A stretch of 37,241 nt of DNA from Jimgerdemannia flammicorona (GCA_003990765.1 RBNJ01000192.1:1-37241); one strand, 5' to 3'. Counted from the stretch's first letter, positions 11,875 to 23,903 are shown. A program made the numbers and translations. Notes: generated by a model from the letters alone, not told the origin.

Positions 11875-14780
11875 ACTTACTCCAACCCTAATAACTATTA
11901 CTAGTCTGACATCTAACTGGTCTACCATTATCATCCATCCTCTTATCTATGATGACCATCTCCTCTCTCATCTTAACCTCATCTGAAACACATTCATCTA
12001 TATCAGAACTATACTCACCAGAAAGCTCACCAAAGCTCAGAGGACCTTACTACAAATACTGACAAACTGTAGGTGATCTATACTAGCACTTGATGCCCAA
12101 GGTTGGCTGACTCTCTATATAGTCTATAATATATTATAATGATATCTTATTAATAATAGCAAAAGAAAGAAAGAAGGTACTGCACTAAAATAGATATAGC
12201 CAGAGATACTAGAAACTATAAAAAAGTAGAAATGATACTAATTTGATACTGATAAAGGGGTAACTTATCACTATTACCTCTTTTTTACTATCTTATAATA
12301 GATATAGCAAACCAACCCAAGGTAGAGGAGATATAAGTTATAAAAAAAGAAACTTAAAAGGTTGTCTACCAAACCTTATAACTAATAAGATAGTAGAGAA
12401 AGAAGCTGTTTTTTTTTTTTATAAACTCTCATATATTGTTATATTGCTAGTTAGTTTTCTCTAAAAACTGTACAAAAAGTATTATAAAAGATTATATAAT
12501 ATAAATTATAATAGAAAAATATATGAGATCATTAATATAAGAGCTATTTATTATATATATAGTATTCAGATTTTTTATAATAATATATTGCTCAAAATTA
12601 TTAATAAAGTAACAATTGACTTATTAGATATATATATATTTATAAAATATTAGTAATTATTTATTATTTAGCTTAAAAGTGAGAGATTTATCTTAAATTA
12701 TCAGTTAATAATATAATGAGCAAATATTATAGTATAGTCAGATGATATATATACAAAATACTCAGTATAATTATTCTACATAGTTACTCTTTATACTACT
12801 ACTATATAAATAGCTGATATATTAAATTAAGACAAATTTTATATATTCAGAGTATACTTATATCTTGAGGAAATACTTGTATTCTAAAGAAATACCAGTT
12901 CTCTGAGAGAATATCTTTCTAAATTAGTCTTATTATATATTTTATAATTAACTATATAGCAACTAGCTAGCAACTATAAGTGTATAGATACTCTAGTAAT
13001 AAGAGTGAATAAACCTTAGTTTGAAAAGTTCTAAAGCAAATGACAAGTCTACTTAATATACTTTAAGAGATATATCTATCAAAAGTTACTTAATCTAGAA
13101 AGAATTGCAATACTTAGAAGAAATATCTACTCTATAGCTACTATATACTTAGAAGATTATAAACTTCATTTTTTCACTTTAGTTTACTTTTTAATACAAA
13201 GAAGAGAAGTCTGCTAATTTTGATCTACTTATAGAATTAAGTCTAAATTTGAGAACTCTACTCTTTTGGTATACTTAACAGACTAAGCCAGAAGAGAAAT
13301 CTATTATATTTGATATACTTACTAGACTAAGTTAAAAGAGAAATCTGGAATATTTGTGAGAATCTATATCACCTAAGAGAAACCTACTAAATTCACTATA
13401 TTATACTAAATATACTTAATTAGAAACCTATTAAAATTATTTACATTATATATTATCTGAACTTACGTATATAAAAAATCATTGAACATTTTGTTACTTT
13501 TTGACAAAGTAACTGAAAGCTCAAGCCAATTTACATAACAGCTCAAACCTTATAATTTACCTTTATTGAGCTAGTATATTATAATAGATATTAAGTCATA
13601 ATATAGTAAATACTTAATCTGAGAAGTATGATAGATTTTTTTATCTTATATTCTTAGTCTACTTAACTTCTCAAAGTCTTTAACAAGAGTGTAGAGTAAG
13701 TTCAAAGTATATCTACCTACAGACTGCTTAGTTTTTTACTTTTAAACTATTTCTATTTAAGATTTATTTACTCTAGATACTAAATTATTTATATAAGTTT
13801 GCTAGCTATATAGTAGTTAAGTTATGACTCAGTAATAATTATAAGATTTTTTATAATTACTAGTTTTTAATATATATATAAAATTTCTAGTAATTGTAAA
13901 ATTTCTTTATACTATATAGATTAGATAACTATATTATATTATATTTAAAGATCAGATTTAAATACTGTGATTAAATATATATTCTCTAATTTTTATTTTT
14001 AATTTAAATTATATATTATAATAGTATAGATAAATTAATCTGTTAAAATAATTCTGATAATAAATATAATAAATATATATCTATAATATTACTACTAATA
14101 TATATCTTTTAATTTATTTTATTACTTATAAGAATAAGGATATATTCTATTTATTAAACTTTCTATCAAATATATAGGATAGAACTACTATATTTATATA
14201 TAAATAGTAATTAACTTTTCATTAGTATATATGTATGTCTAATTGTTTTTAGAATTGGGTTTCTAAATATATAATAGCTATATATTAATTTAGTTTACTA
14301 TTCTCACTTTGTTTAGACTGAGCTCTTTACTAAAGTTTAGAAGATAGTATCTATTGACAAAGTTCTTAAAAGTAATAACTAGAGCTCTCAGATAATATTC
14401 AAATAATATTATTATCTATCTCATCAGATATTTATACTTTTTAGATCTATATAAATCTTATTTCTAGTTTATATAATTTTCTAAGATAAGAGTAAAGATA
14501 AGAGTATTAACAAAATATCAACTAAATACTCTACTTATCTTCAGTTAACTTTGAAATAGTCTGAAATAAAGTAATACTTAGTTTTAGATAAATAAGACAC
14601 CAGAGGTCTGAAGTCTGTTTTAAACTTTTTAAGTTTTAAAAGAACTATAAAGAGTTAGTTTTCTACCTATTTTCTGATCTAATTAATTCTTTTTAAGTAT
14701 TTTTCTACTTTCTTTCCTTTTTTTCCACCAGCCATCTTTACTAGCTGTTTATTCTTTTCTCCTTCAGGTATTTCCTGGCT
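11875..14780. repeat. extremely AT-rich, CpG-depleted relic repeat DNA, family unassignable
   Basis: No long ORFs, almost no CG, and a TA-dinucleotide excess. Contiguous with recognisable degraded transposons. Confidence 0.6.
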
Positions 14781-15030
14781 TATATGCCAAGCTTTCAGAG
14801 CTAAGGAACTCTGTGAAAATTGAGATATTCCTTTATTACTAGGTTTTATATGAAATATCTCATACACATATCTTAGACAGAGAAATTTTGCATGTACACC
14901 ATGTCTAAGACAAAATAAAGCATGCCAATGCTTTCAGGATGACAGAAACCAACTCTTCATGGTCCTTCCGAAGCTCACAAAGTCTGGGACAGACTTCGGT
15001 GCCTCCGGCGCCTCGTCGTTCATTTCTTAG
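14780..15030. mobile_element. possible DNA-transposon terminal segment with clustered hairpins
   Basis: Inverted repeats TGAGATATT..AATATCTCA (14821-14862) and TCTTAGACA..TGTCTAAGA (14871-14910), and a GC mini-hairpin GGTGCC-TCC-GGCGCC (14998-15012), at the AT/GC boundary. Confidence 0.3.
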
Positions 15031-15317
15031 CTAATTGATACATATTGTATTAAATTTAGTATATTTATTCTTTACTTGTTTTTTATCTTTTCAATGCAAA
15101 AAGGTTTTAGTTTTCATTTTATGCACTCAAATCCTTACTCAGTGGTGATCCCTAAAAAAACCTAATAGCAATTGTTTATAGTTAAAATCGTAACTATAGT
15201 TCATAACCGTGCAATACGCTCGGCGAATTTCCAATCAAATATATTATAAAAGCCCCCCGAGATTTCCACCCTTCCGTCCTCTCTCCATCAGCCTCTTCCT
15301 CCTCTATTCCTGCAATT

Positions 15318-15941
15318 CCCCTCCATGGCTTTAGTCTTCTACTAGGATTTTCGGGTCAATCGCCAATTGATGCGAATCCATCACCTCAGGGTCGGCTACA
15401 ATAATTTTGAAAACCTCTTGGGGAGGATGATGGTAAGATCAGTATAGGCGGCAGAACAGAATAGATGCGGCGCCACTTGCCTCCTTTATCGCATCAACGA
15501 AGTATGAGTCGGGGGCGTAGCCGCCTTCGACATGGCAGACAAAATGCTCAAAAGAAAACGAAACGGATCACCTTAGTAATTTGAATACTACAAACGCACC
15601 GTTCCATTCGTTTACCCAAACGTTTCTGCAACCGCGATCGAGATGCGCGATTGATGTGGGCAACTTTGATGAACCAGCATGTTGACTTTAATAAATGCTG
15701 AATGTTACTTTACACTATTATATTCTGCGACGCCCATTTGCTAGCCGCCTCACGAGGTATCGTCAGCCTGATTTGAATGCAAAGTCATGTAACATGTCTC
15801 CGTCGCCTGATGTATATTCGGGAACTACATTTTTGAATTTTCAGTTCGCATACATCGCATCAAACATTTCAAAAAAAAAAAAAAATTCACGCAAACCAAT
15901 AGATCCGCTGCCCTCTCATGGAACGCCGCTGCATCCACACC
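15318..15941 (+). repeat. diverged inverted copy of 23904-24915 (probable pseudogene remnant)
   Basis: Collinear shared blocks: TGATGCGAATCCATCACCTC, AAGTCATGTAACATGTCTCC.TCGCCTGAT.TATATTCGG.AACTACATTTT and CCTCTCATGGAACG.CGCTG.ATCCACACC. Confidence 0.8.
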
Positions 15942-16627
15942 ACGTGCTTCAATCCTCTCCACCGCCGAATTGTGTGCGAGAAAGAGCCACAAGAGTAATC
16001 GAAGAATGGCTGTACTTTGCGTAGCAGGACAGGAGCTTTTAACCTGTGAAAATGCCTTCTGGTGTTGTAGCGACTGGACTAAATCTATAGAGCCTTTACT
16101 TCATCACCCTTAGCGCACCCGGCATTTCTCGACAGCTTTTGTAAACATTCAGCTGGTTGTGTGTTGCCCTAATGAGCGTCAAATCATTTGGCGGATCCCA
16201 TGATTCTGTGTACTCAAAATACGCACGATATGCACAATTCATTTAGCAATATGCATTGCTAATATTTTGAGACAACTCTATAGCTGCCATGTCGAAATTA
16301 TATTTCCTTCGCTTCTCTCTCCTAGGAAATCTAAAATTGTGCGTCAGGTTCTCACATTCTTACGTGTATGTTATCTCTATCCCAAAATGCGAACTTCAAG
16401 ATCCTTATACTTTGTGTGAATGATTTGTGTAATTTAAAACTATTGGGAAGAGAAAACTGCGCTACATGCTGAAAGAAAAATAAATAAATAAAAAGAATGC
16501 CTTACTTTTGAACGAACTATTACAGTACGTATGATAGTGATTGGTCATGCCTTCGAGATAAAAATGTCTGACTAGCTTTTTGATACATTGATTAAGTTAA
16601 AAGGACAGTGTTTACCGTGCAAACTCT

Positions 16628-17245
16628 CTAATTCTCATAAATGTCTCTTAGCATACCCAGCTTCTTGGCCAACTCCCACCGCATTATAATCGGAAACACC
16701 CACACGGGCAACCTCGGTCCACGGAGCCAATAATCCACGTCGACCACGACAACCTTTTCCCCATTTTTCTCTCCGTTCTTCAGTTCCTGTCCCTCCGACT
16801 TCACATTCCACCTCACCGCTGCCTGGCAATTCAACAACGGGAACTCGTCTTCGACCCACCGCACCCCACCCTCCTCCCTCCCGAACCTACGCACAACATC
16901 AGGTGTAATTATCGTCTTCCCCCCCTTCAACCGATGCGTGAGCTCGTATCGCATCTCCGTTATCTCGCCATCCTCACCCGTGCGCGTTGACGTGATTGCG
17001 GTCCCGTACCACTGGCCGGGACTCGCACCGCGGTTGTTGAGGTCGAAGTAAGAGTGAAGGTCGGAGAGGCGAGTGTAGACGTCATTCGCGGCCGGAGCTT
17101 TGTCGTCGGCAGGATGCACTCGGATCACCTGGGAGGGACCGCGGATCTGGCGGTAGATGGGGAAGGATCGGGACAGGGCATAGAGCGTCGCGACAGTGGC
17201 GATGCCGGCGGTGGCGATGAAGGTTGGAACCGTTGAGAGGGACAT
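16628..17245 (-). CDS. 205-aa hypothetical protein; N-terminal hydrophobic anchor plus probable SRPBCC/START (Bet v1-like) fold
   Basis: Intronless GC-rich ORF. The helix VYTRLSDLHSYFDLN, the beta-rich middle and the C-terminal amphipathic helix IMRWELAKKLGMLRDIYE fit the SRPBCC pattern. Fold assigned by eye only. Confidence 0.7.
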   Translation of the reverse strand: MSLSTVPTFIATAGIATVATLYALSRSFPIYRQIRGPSQVIRVHPADDKAPAANDVYTRLSDLHSYFDLNNRGASPGQWYGTAITSTRTGEDGEITEMRYELTHRLKGGKTIITPDVVRRFGREEGGVRWVEDEFPLLNCQAAVRWNVKSEGQELKNGEKNGEKVVVVDVDYWLRGPRLPVWVFPIIMRWELAKKLGMLRDIYEN

Positions 17246-18673
17246 TGTTGTCAGCGAGTCACAGGTGGGAAGTTAGTATGTGAAGTTATTAGTTCGTTTG
17301 CAGTAAAAAGAAAAAAAAACGCGTGTTTGCGGGTTTGCAGTTTGATACGTTACAAGCCAGCGTCAAAGGGCGCGCAAACTTATATCCAAACGTCGGAATG
17401 CCGGAATGCCCGATCAGCTTTGAGTCATGCTCAACGGCAGTCACAGCCAAAAATGTACATCCGGCGACTTTCATTAGCAGGGTGCGTGACAAGGCCGACA
17501 CACCTCCGAAAACCGCCGTCGTGAACACAAGAGCTTGGATGCAACCGGACCGATTTCGTTGATACCAACTCGGTCATTTTGAATCCTTCAGCCTCGCCCG
17601 TGCTTTGCTTACGGGCATCTGTAGGTCTATAGGGTTTACCCTTCCACTGTTTTCAGCACCAATGGTTGCGAAAGCATCTTGCAAGAGAGAAATCGGTTTC
17701 TACTTTCTCTATCATCGATTGTACCCAAACGAAGTGGACATTCTTAATTTCATGACGCACACGAGTTGCCATTCTCCCACAGACCTTTATGTCAATAAAA
17801 TTTACCTAGATCGTCTGTGTGTGCCAAACTATTCATGATATAAAGACCATTCTCTGCGTTGTATATGTAAACACGTGTCCGTTTTCCGTATCACGGGACA
17901 GATTCTCCAATGTGGTTCCTATCAGCCGTGCTTATATGGCCGCGCTTTCCATCATCTCATTTCCAGCGGAGTGAGGATGACCCCTAGTAGGTTGTTTGCT
18001 TGCAAGGGGGGGGGGGCCTTTAATACGTACGAACGATCTTCGATTTGGTTTTCTTTGTACGGCAACCAAACAAACATGTCAGGATAACCCTTTTTTATTT
18101 GGCTAATCCCGGAGTCGAGGCGTACTTATAGGAGACTCGCTTTCAGGACGGCCTGCATTCTGACAAGAATAAAAGGAGAGGTGTCGTTCTGTCGACGGCT
18201 GAATAGCTCGTGAAATCCTATGCCAAGTCCATTAACACGGCATAGGATACACCAATTATTTTTCGTCATTATTATTATGATTAAAAAGGAAAGCAAAAAA
18301 GGAAAGGGGGTGGCATATAGCAAATTTATTTTTGATATTGGCAATGGCTGATGAATGTTATTTCGGGATAGTAAATAGATTTTCATGTCCCCAAGAAAAA
18401 AGAAAGATGATCACCCAAAGCTCCTTGATATGAGAACATGTTATTTATGCTACTTGACACATGCCCTTGACGAAAGCACAGTTTTAGGATTGCAGATTGA
18501 CTTTGTGCATGAGCTGCACAGGCCCCTATTGTGCAGGAAAAAAAAAAAAAAAACTGGATTGTAGGCACATTGTGCTTTTTTTGAGCGTAAAAACTCTTGG
18601 TGCCCGTTAAGATTGCAAATATATAAGGAGCAAACGTCGCTGTTGTTGACCTTCCCAGCTCCGCACAAACACC

Positions 18674-19249
18674 ATGGGTAACAGATTTTCGATTAGCAAG
18701 GATTCGCCCGACCCGGCCGACGCAATATGGGAAGATTACGGCGTCTCTCTAGCGCACATCATCTACTACGGCATCAAGATGCTGGAAGGGGTTAAGGACC
18801 GTAAAGTGCAGAACGCGGATATTGTCGTACACCTAGAATCCCACGACCGACACATCCTCAAGCGTGTCGAGGTGAACTCGGAGTGGAGCAACAAGGCGAT
18901 TACGGTGGGCTGCGATACCCTCGAAATGTCCATGAGGGACAAGTGCTTCACGGACCTGTGCTGGGGCTCGTTCATCAACTTTCTAAACGGCGTGCGGAAT
19001 GGCGAGGGCTATAAGAGGAGGGTGAAATATTCTTTGGACAAGTTCCTGAAGCGCGTTACTCGCTTGATAGATAGGGGCGATATAATCAAGGAAGTTAGAG
19101 CAGATTCTCTGAAGATTGATATTGTTTTGAACTGGAGTAAACTTAGGGAAGCTCGATCTGGGTATCCGAGCCAAAAAAATGACGGGAAAGAAAAGAGGAA
19201 TGCTGCGTCAAAAATTTGCATGTATTTTTCTGGAAACTCAAATGTATAA
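18674..19249 (+). CDS. 191-aa hypothetical protein with N-myristoylation motif (MGNRFS)
   Basis: Good start context ACACCATGG, upstream AATATATAA at ~18619, coding-like composition, and Gly2/Ser6. Confidence 0.7.
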   Translation: MGNRFSISKDSPDPADAIWEDYGVSLAHIIYYGIKMLEGVKDRKVQNADIVVHLESHDRHILKRVEVNSEWSNKAITVGCDTLEMSMRDKCFTDLCWGSFINFLNGVRNGEGYKRRVKYSLDKFLKRVTRLIDRGDIIKEVRADSLKIDIVLNWSKLREARSGYPSQKNDGKEKRNAASKICMYFSGNSNV

Positions 19250-19625
19250 GTATCTACCTATTTGTAGAATCTAATGAAATGCAAAGTGGTTTGGTATTTT
19301 CGAGTTCCAAATATTGTATATACTAATTTGAAAGCCATTGCATCGATCCGTTTGCAAATATGAGTTTGTTTCCGATACATGCGGATCGCTACGTACGTTG
19401 CAGTTATATTATCCCTTGCTTGTATCGTCTACCTCTGCCATTTCAAGCGCCAGAAAACTTTGCTTCATCTGAAACTCCCATCCCCCCCGACACAGCATAC
19501 GTCCGTCATCTTTTAACTTCGATAATGGGTGTACGCTCACGATATGTGGAAGCCCGCATTGTCCAACTGCATCGACTACAATAACACCAAGTATTTGCTT
19601 GTGTAGAACTCATTTCCGCTTAATC

Positions 19626-19887
19626 AAGCCAATCAAAAGTATCGTTGTAGGAACTAACCTCTACTCCCGCTATAAATACAACCCCGGACTCCGCCTTGTC
19701 ACACGCTACCATTGCCACCTTGCCGCCAGGTGGAGCAAGAGAGTCCGCCGAATGAAGCCAAACACAAAAGTATCGTTGTAGGAACTAACATCGGCTCCCA
19801 TTACAAATACAGCCCCAGCTCACACACTAGTCGCAAACTACCATGGTCACCTTGGTTCTGAGATGTCGTCAGGTGGAGCAAGAGAGT
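19626..19887. repeat. two diverged ~130-bp tandem units
   Basis: Identical 25-mer CAAAAGTATCGTTGTAGGAACTAAC at 19634 and 19765; identical 18-mer CAGGTGGAGCAAGAGAGT at 19727 and 19870. Confidence 0.85.
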
Positions 19888-20708
19888 AACCAAAGAGGTC
19901 GTCATTCCGAAATTTACGTCTTGGTGGACAAGGGTGTCACCAACGCCGTGCATTTGATGCTCGTGGACGATGCGTGATTGTCCTAAACAAGATCTCTGAC
20001 AACCCACCACGCGGTCTGAGGGGGAGTTGCCACCCAAATAGATGTCAAATACGGAATGATTTGATTCATTGAGATAATCGCGAGATCCTCGTGGCCAAGC
20101 AATTCACAACGTGGCCCGTGGGTAGAGCGACCATCCAACATCCTCCGGCTCCGCGAATCACAAACCACCAGCACCGCGTGTACCCGGATCTCGCACGACC
20201 GAAAGAGAAATGGTCCGGTGCTCGTACGATCTTAACTCTATTGAACACGCCCGCGCCGCGCAGGACCCCCAGGTCCCGTGAACACCTTTGTCTGGTGCCA
20301 GTCGCGCGGCACGTGCATATATTTCTTGAGATGGTTGGATCAAATAAAGTTTTCGTGAGAACCTCAACTTCATTTACCACAAGCGCATCAATACTTTTAT
20401 TATTATTCTCTGGCCGGTGTGCACAACCGATTTAAGACAAAGTAAAGCAAGAGCAACAAGACTGAAAATAAGTATCACAAGGCAAGATCAAAGGAAAGAT
20501 GCCGTGATGCTACAACTAGATACATTGCACGTTTCTCACACTTACGGGACAGGGCTAAGCTATTATGGGCATATACAAACATTCTGTAATGAGATTAGGT
20601 GTTGTAAGCTTTTTAGATACATTCCCCTCTCATATTCAAACCTCTTTAACTTTTTTTTTTTTTTTTTTTTTTCGACTTTATTTGTTTCGCCAAACCCCCT
20701 TCCATCCG

Positions 20709-21699
20709 TTACAGCTCCATCCCGACGCGAACGTATTTGGCCTCGCCGCCGAGGCCGGCGCCGAGAGGCATGCCCGGCATAACGGGCTCGAACCCGATGT
20801 AGAGGAAGTCGTGGACGAGACGGGTTATGTCTGGATCGTTGCGCGGAAGATAGATTATAACGTCGGTACAAGCGAAGGTCTCGGCGAGTTCGAGGACGGC
20901 GACGATACTGCGTGATGAACAGCAAACAGGGAGGAATTGAAGTTAGATAAAATGGTCATATGAAGGTCACATGAAGGTCATATGAAGGAAACACTTTTTT
21001 TTTTTGGTTAAATAGAAAAGACATCAATTTGAATAATGTAAAATGTACCTCTCACGCATGTCGACGTCATCCCACCCCCCGCCCCTAAGAATGAGCCTTC
21101 CATCCTTGAGGAATCCACTCCATACGTTCTGCTGTTCGCGCTGCGACGTGATGGTGAGCGTAGCGTCGACCTGCGAGAGGAAAGGGTTGGGCGACGACGA
21201 TGTTCCGATATTCGTCTTGTCTTCCTTTTTGAGACCGGATCCTACCAGCACTTCTGCCACAAATGCGGTAGTCCATGTCTCCTTCCGGGTTTCTGTTTCC
21301 GCCAGCCTGCCACGCATGGGGAAACATACTCCGCCGGGTTCCGTGTAACCGAGGGGGACGTCAGGAACACCACCCTATCTTGCCATCGACTGTGAGGTAG
21401 ACAGGGGGGAGGAGGTCAGCGTTTTGTGATTCAATGGAACAATGCATGTTGGGCGTTGCTTATTTTGTAACGCGGAATCTCAACATGGAACCAAGAGATC
21501 AAAGGAAAAGCTACCTACAAGTCGAGTAATAATAGACCTCCACGCCCCCGGTGCTGTGGTGGGTGACGCAGACGGCGTAGATCTCTTGCTGCTGGCTCTT
21601 TGTGGCAACAGACCCGTTGACATTGGCGTAGGAGAGAGTGTCAAGTGGTATGAGAGTACTACTATTATTACTACTAAATTGGGCGAGATTGGCCGCCAT
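20709..21699 (-). CDS. OAZ1: ornithine decarboxylase antizyme (~239 aa); exons 21699-21519, 21389-21049, 20907-20709; requires a +1 ribosomal frameshift
   Basis: ORF1 has 69 codons ending YYYSTFDGKIGWCS-UGA. The +1 frame continues DVPLGY...DMRESIVAVLELAETFACTDVIIYLPRNDPDITRLVHDFLYIGFEPV...GMEL*, matching the antizyme C-terminal domain. Introns are GTAGGT..CTGAC..CAG (129 nt) and GTACAT..CTAAC..CAG (141 nt). Confidence 0.96.
21360..21372 (-). promoter_or_regulatory. programmed +1 frameshift site UGG-UGU-UCC-UGA-C
   Basis: TCC at 21366-21364 and TGA at 21363-21361; matches the canonical antizyme UCC-UGA shift site. Confidence 0.95.
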
Positions 21700-22299
21700 A
21701 ACAGGTTTGTTTCAGTAGGGGTGACGTTGGGAAAAAAGGTTGGGTTTGGGGTTGGGATAGGATTCGAGAGGACCAAGAGAAGATTTGTTGTGGAATATAT
21801 AGGCTGGTGAGCTTAAGAAAAAGCGGGGTTCGTTTGAGTGGTTGGGTGCTTTTGCGGCGGGGGTTTTTTTGTTCTGCGAGCAAGAAGCAAGGTAGCGACT
21901 CCGCCCAACTGGGCGTTTTTATTATTCAAAAACTTGTTTGCCTCTCACCCCACTCGTCCACCGTCACATGACCCAACCAACCACATCCTTCTATTTCCTG
22001 CCAATCTCATAGCCTTCATTGCACGTGTTTTTTTTTTCCTCTCACTTAACAAAATAAGCTCACATTGCGCCAACCGTCATGTGGCGCGTGTTTGACGGGT
22101 TCCCCGCCACTGGCCCCGACCGACTCTTCCATACTAGATTCCTAATGAATAGGGGCTTGATTGGCGAGCGGGTCCGACATCAAAACGTCATAGAGTAACA
22201 GTTACTCACAGAAGGAATGAGGAATCGGGGCTGCGCCTCATTCACTTCACCTGGCACCCACTCGAGAACGTTCTGGAAACTGACACCACCGTCAAAGAA

Positions 22300-23057
22300 T
22301 TGCGTAATCGGAAGTTTCATCTCTGCTGCTAGAATCGCGACCCAAACATTCATCACAAATCCTGGTACCGTACACTTTGAGACCTGTGCCACATGTGTAC
22401 ACTGTTTATTAAAACCTGCAAGTCCCGTGCGGTTGGATGAATTCCTTCTCCTTGAATTTGTGTCAGTTTGTGCAGCTCGAAATGTTTGGTACGTCTCAAG
22501 ATGGTATTTTCAGCAAATTGCGATGGATGTTTTGACACGAGATGCAGAAAGGCGTGGATTTTGGATTATGGATTTATGAATGACTTTATTCTTCTCGAAT
22601 GTTGTATACACATCTATTTTCTGTCCCAAAAGATTTTGAACACCCTTTCAAAGTTAACGCGAATGAAGTAACTATAGACGTAGACCCTCTCGCAAAGGCC
22701 AAGGTAGAACTTCGTTCATTCCATAGCACCTCCAAATATTTAGCACCCTCCCATTTTGTACGTCTACGAGTGCGAACGCCACCATGCGCAATTCTCATCA
22801 TGGTAGGGATAGCGCACATTGCAATGGAGGCAAAATAAATGACTGAGAAAACACTGCGTGTGGTGAATATCCAAGCTTTTCTTATCACCGAGCTCCGTGC
22901 CGCAAGCATGGCACTTGTGAACGACGGGGCGATGGTGTGTGTGGCGATGGGTGGCAGGGCGTGCGGGCGACATTCGTAGGTTCGGTCCGGCCCGGCGAAG
23001 AGTTTGGGTGGTTGAGGGGGTTAAATGATGAAAGGTTCGCTTATGCGGGAGTGGCAC
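22300..23057 (-). pseudogene. decayed multi-C2H2 zinc-finger gene
   Basis: Finger-like pieces lie in different frames separated by stops: HKCHACGTELGDKKSLDIHHTQC, FCLHC...WWRSH, TLKGCSKSF, FCISC, KCTVPG. Confidence 0.45.
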
Positions 23058-23607
23058 TGAGCGAGGTTACTTATACTGTCACGATGTGGTGGACATCAAA
23101 CGATTTGAGAACCCCTTTTTTGTCCATGTGCATCCAGCATTTATCACAAAATACGTTCACTTCCATGCATTATGCCAATGCTTTATGCCAACGGTTTCAC
23201 GAGGTTTTGGTCTGACTACTTCTGTCTAGAACAGTCCCCCCCCCGTTCATGCAATATGTAGACTCCTTGCAGTGGTAACGGTGTGTCTTATTACTTGGTA
23301 AGTCGTATCTCATGTTTAAGCGTTACATAATAGATTCTAGAATTTTCGCCGCATTTAATAAGCGGGCAATAAATTCGAGAATTCACTGGAATCAACTAGC
23401 TTACCTTGTTGACGGACAATAATGTACGCTGGTGATTAAAAAAGAAAAGTCGTTGGGCAGAGTTCAAGACACGACGAATACAAGACCTTCGAGAGAAATA
23501 TTTGGCCTGCCGGAAGGCATCTATATAAAGCCTTGGTAATGAAAGAACGTATGACATGGATGTATTTGACCGCATTGTTTACTGTGAAAGCCACAAACGC
23601 TGAAATT

Positions 23608-23657
23608 AAGAGCCCCTTGAATGCAAGAGCCCCCTGAATACAAGAGCCCCTTGAATT
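23608..23657. repeat. 17-bp tandem repeat x3 (AAGAGCCCCYTGAATRC)
   Basis: Units start at 23608, 23625 and 23642 with no spacers. Confidence 0.9.
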
Positions 23658-23903
23658 ATATTGTGGCGTGCGATTTGTATCTCTTGTTGCTTCTAGCACG
23701 GCTCGATGTGCCACTTGTAGGAGTCTTTACATTGTCTCCTTCTTGTCCGGTTTTCCTGGCAGAGTTTTTATCTCAATGCCGTTCGATTTGTTTCCTTGGT
23801 GGTGGCTAAGTCTCTTGAAGACTTGCGGGTCTTGACATGTCGTTCGGGCTACTGGTCACGTGACTGGTTGTTCGATATATCGTCAAAACGGAATGTCGTT
23901 GTA

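Noticed and set aside
12200..14780. Degraded transposase on the minus strand starting MAGGKKGKK
   Set aside because: Too mutated; no catalytic motif could be read reliably.
19626..19887. Repeat-spacer-repeat pattern as a CRISPR array
   Set aside because: Only two units, the intervening sequences are homologous to each other, the context is eukaryotic and no cas genes are present.
20417..20925. ORFs 20417..20782 (+), 20565..20915 (+) and 20563..20925 (-)
   Set aside because: Antisense or wrong-frame readings of antizyme exon 3 and its A-rich 3' UTR. The poly-Phe and poly-Lys runs come from one homopolymer.
21280..21360. RNA pseudoknot 3' of the antizyme shift site
   Set aside because: Only short, weak pairings are visible by eye. 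It cannot be supported without folding or covariation analysis.
21480..21883. ORFs 21480..21776 and 21674..21883 (-) as separate genes
   Set aside because: They overlap antizyme exon 1 and its 5' leader in other frames. Only ATG 21699 leads in frame to the UCC-UGA site.
23608..23657. 17-bp repeats as CRISPR or iterons
   Set aside because: Head-to-tail minisatellite without spacers.
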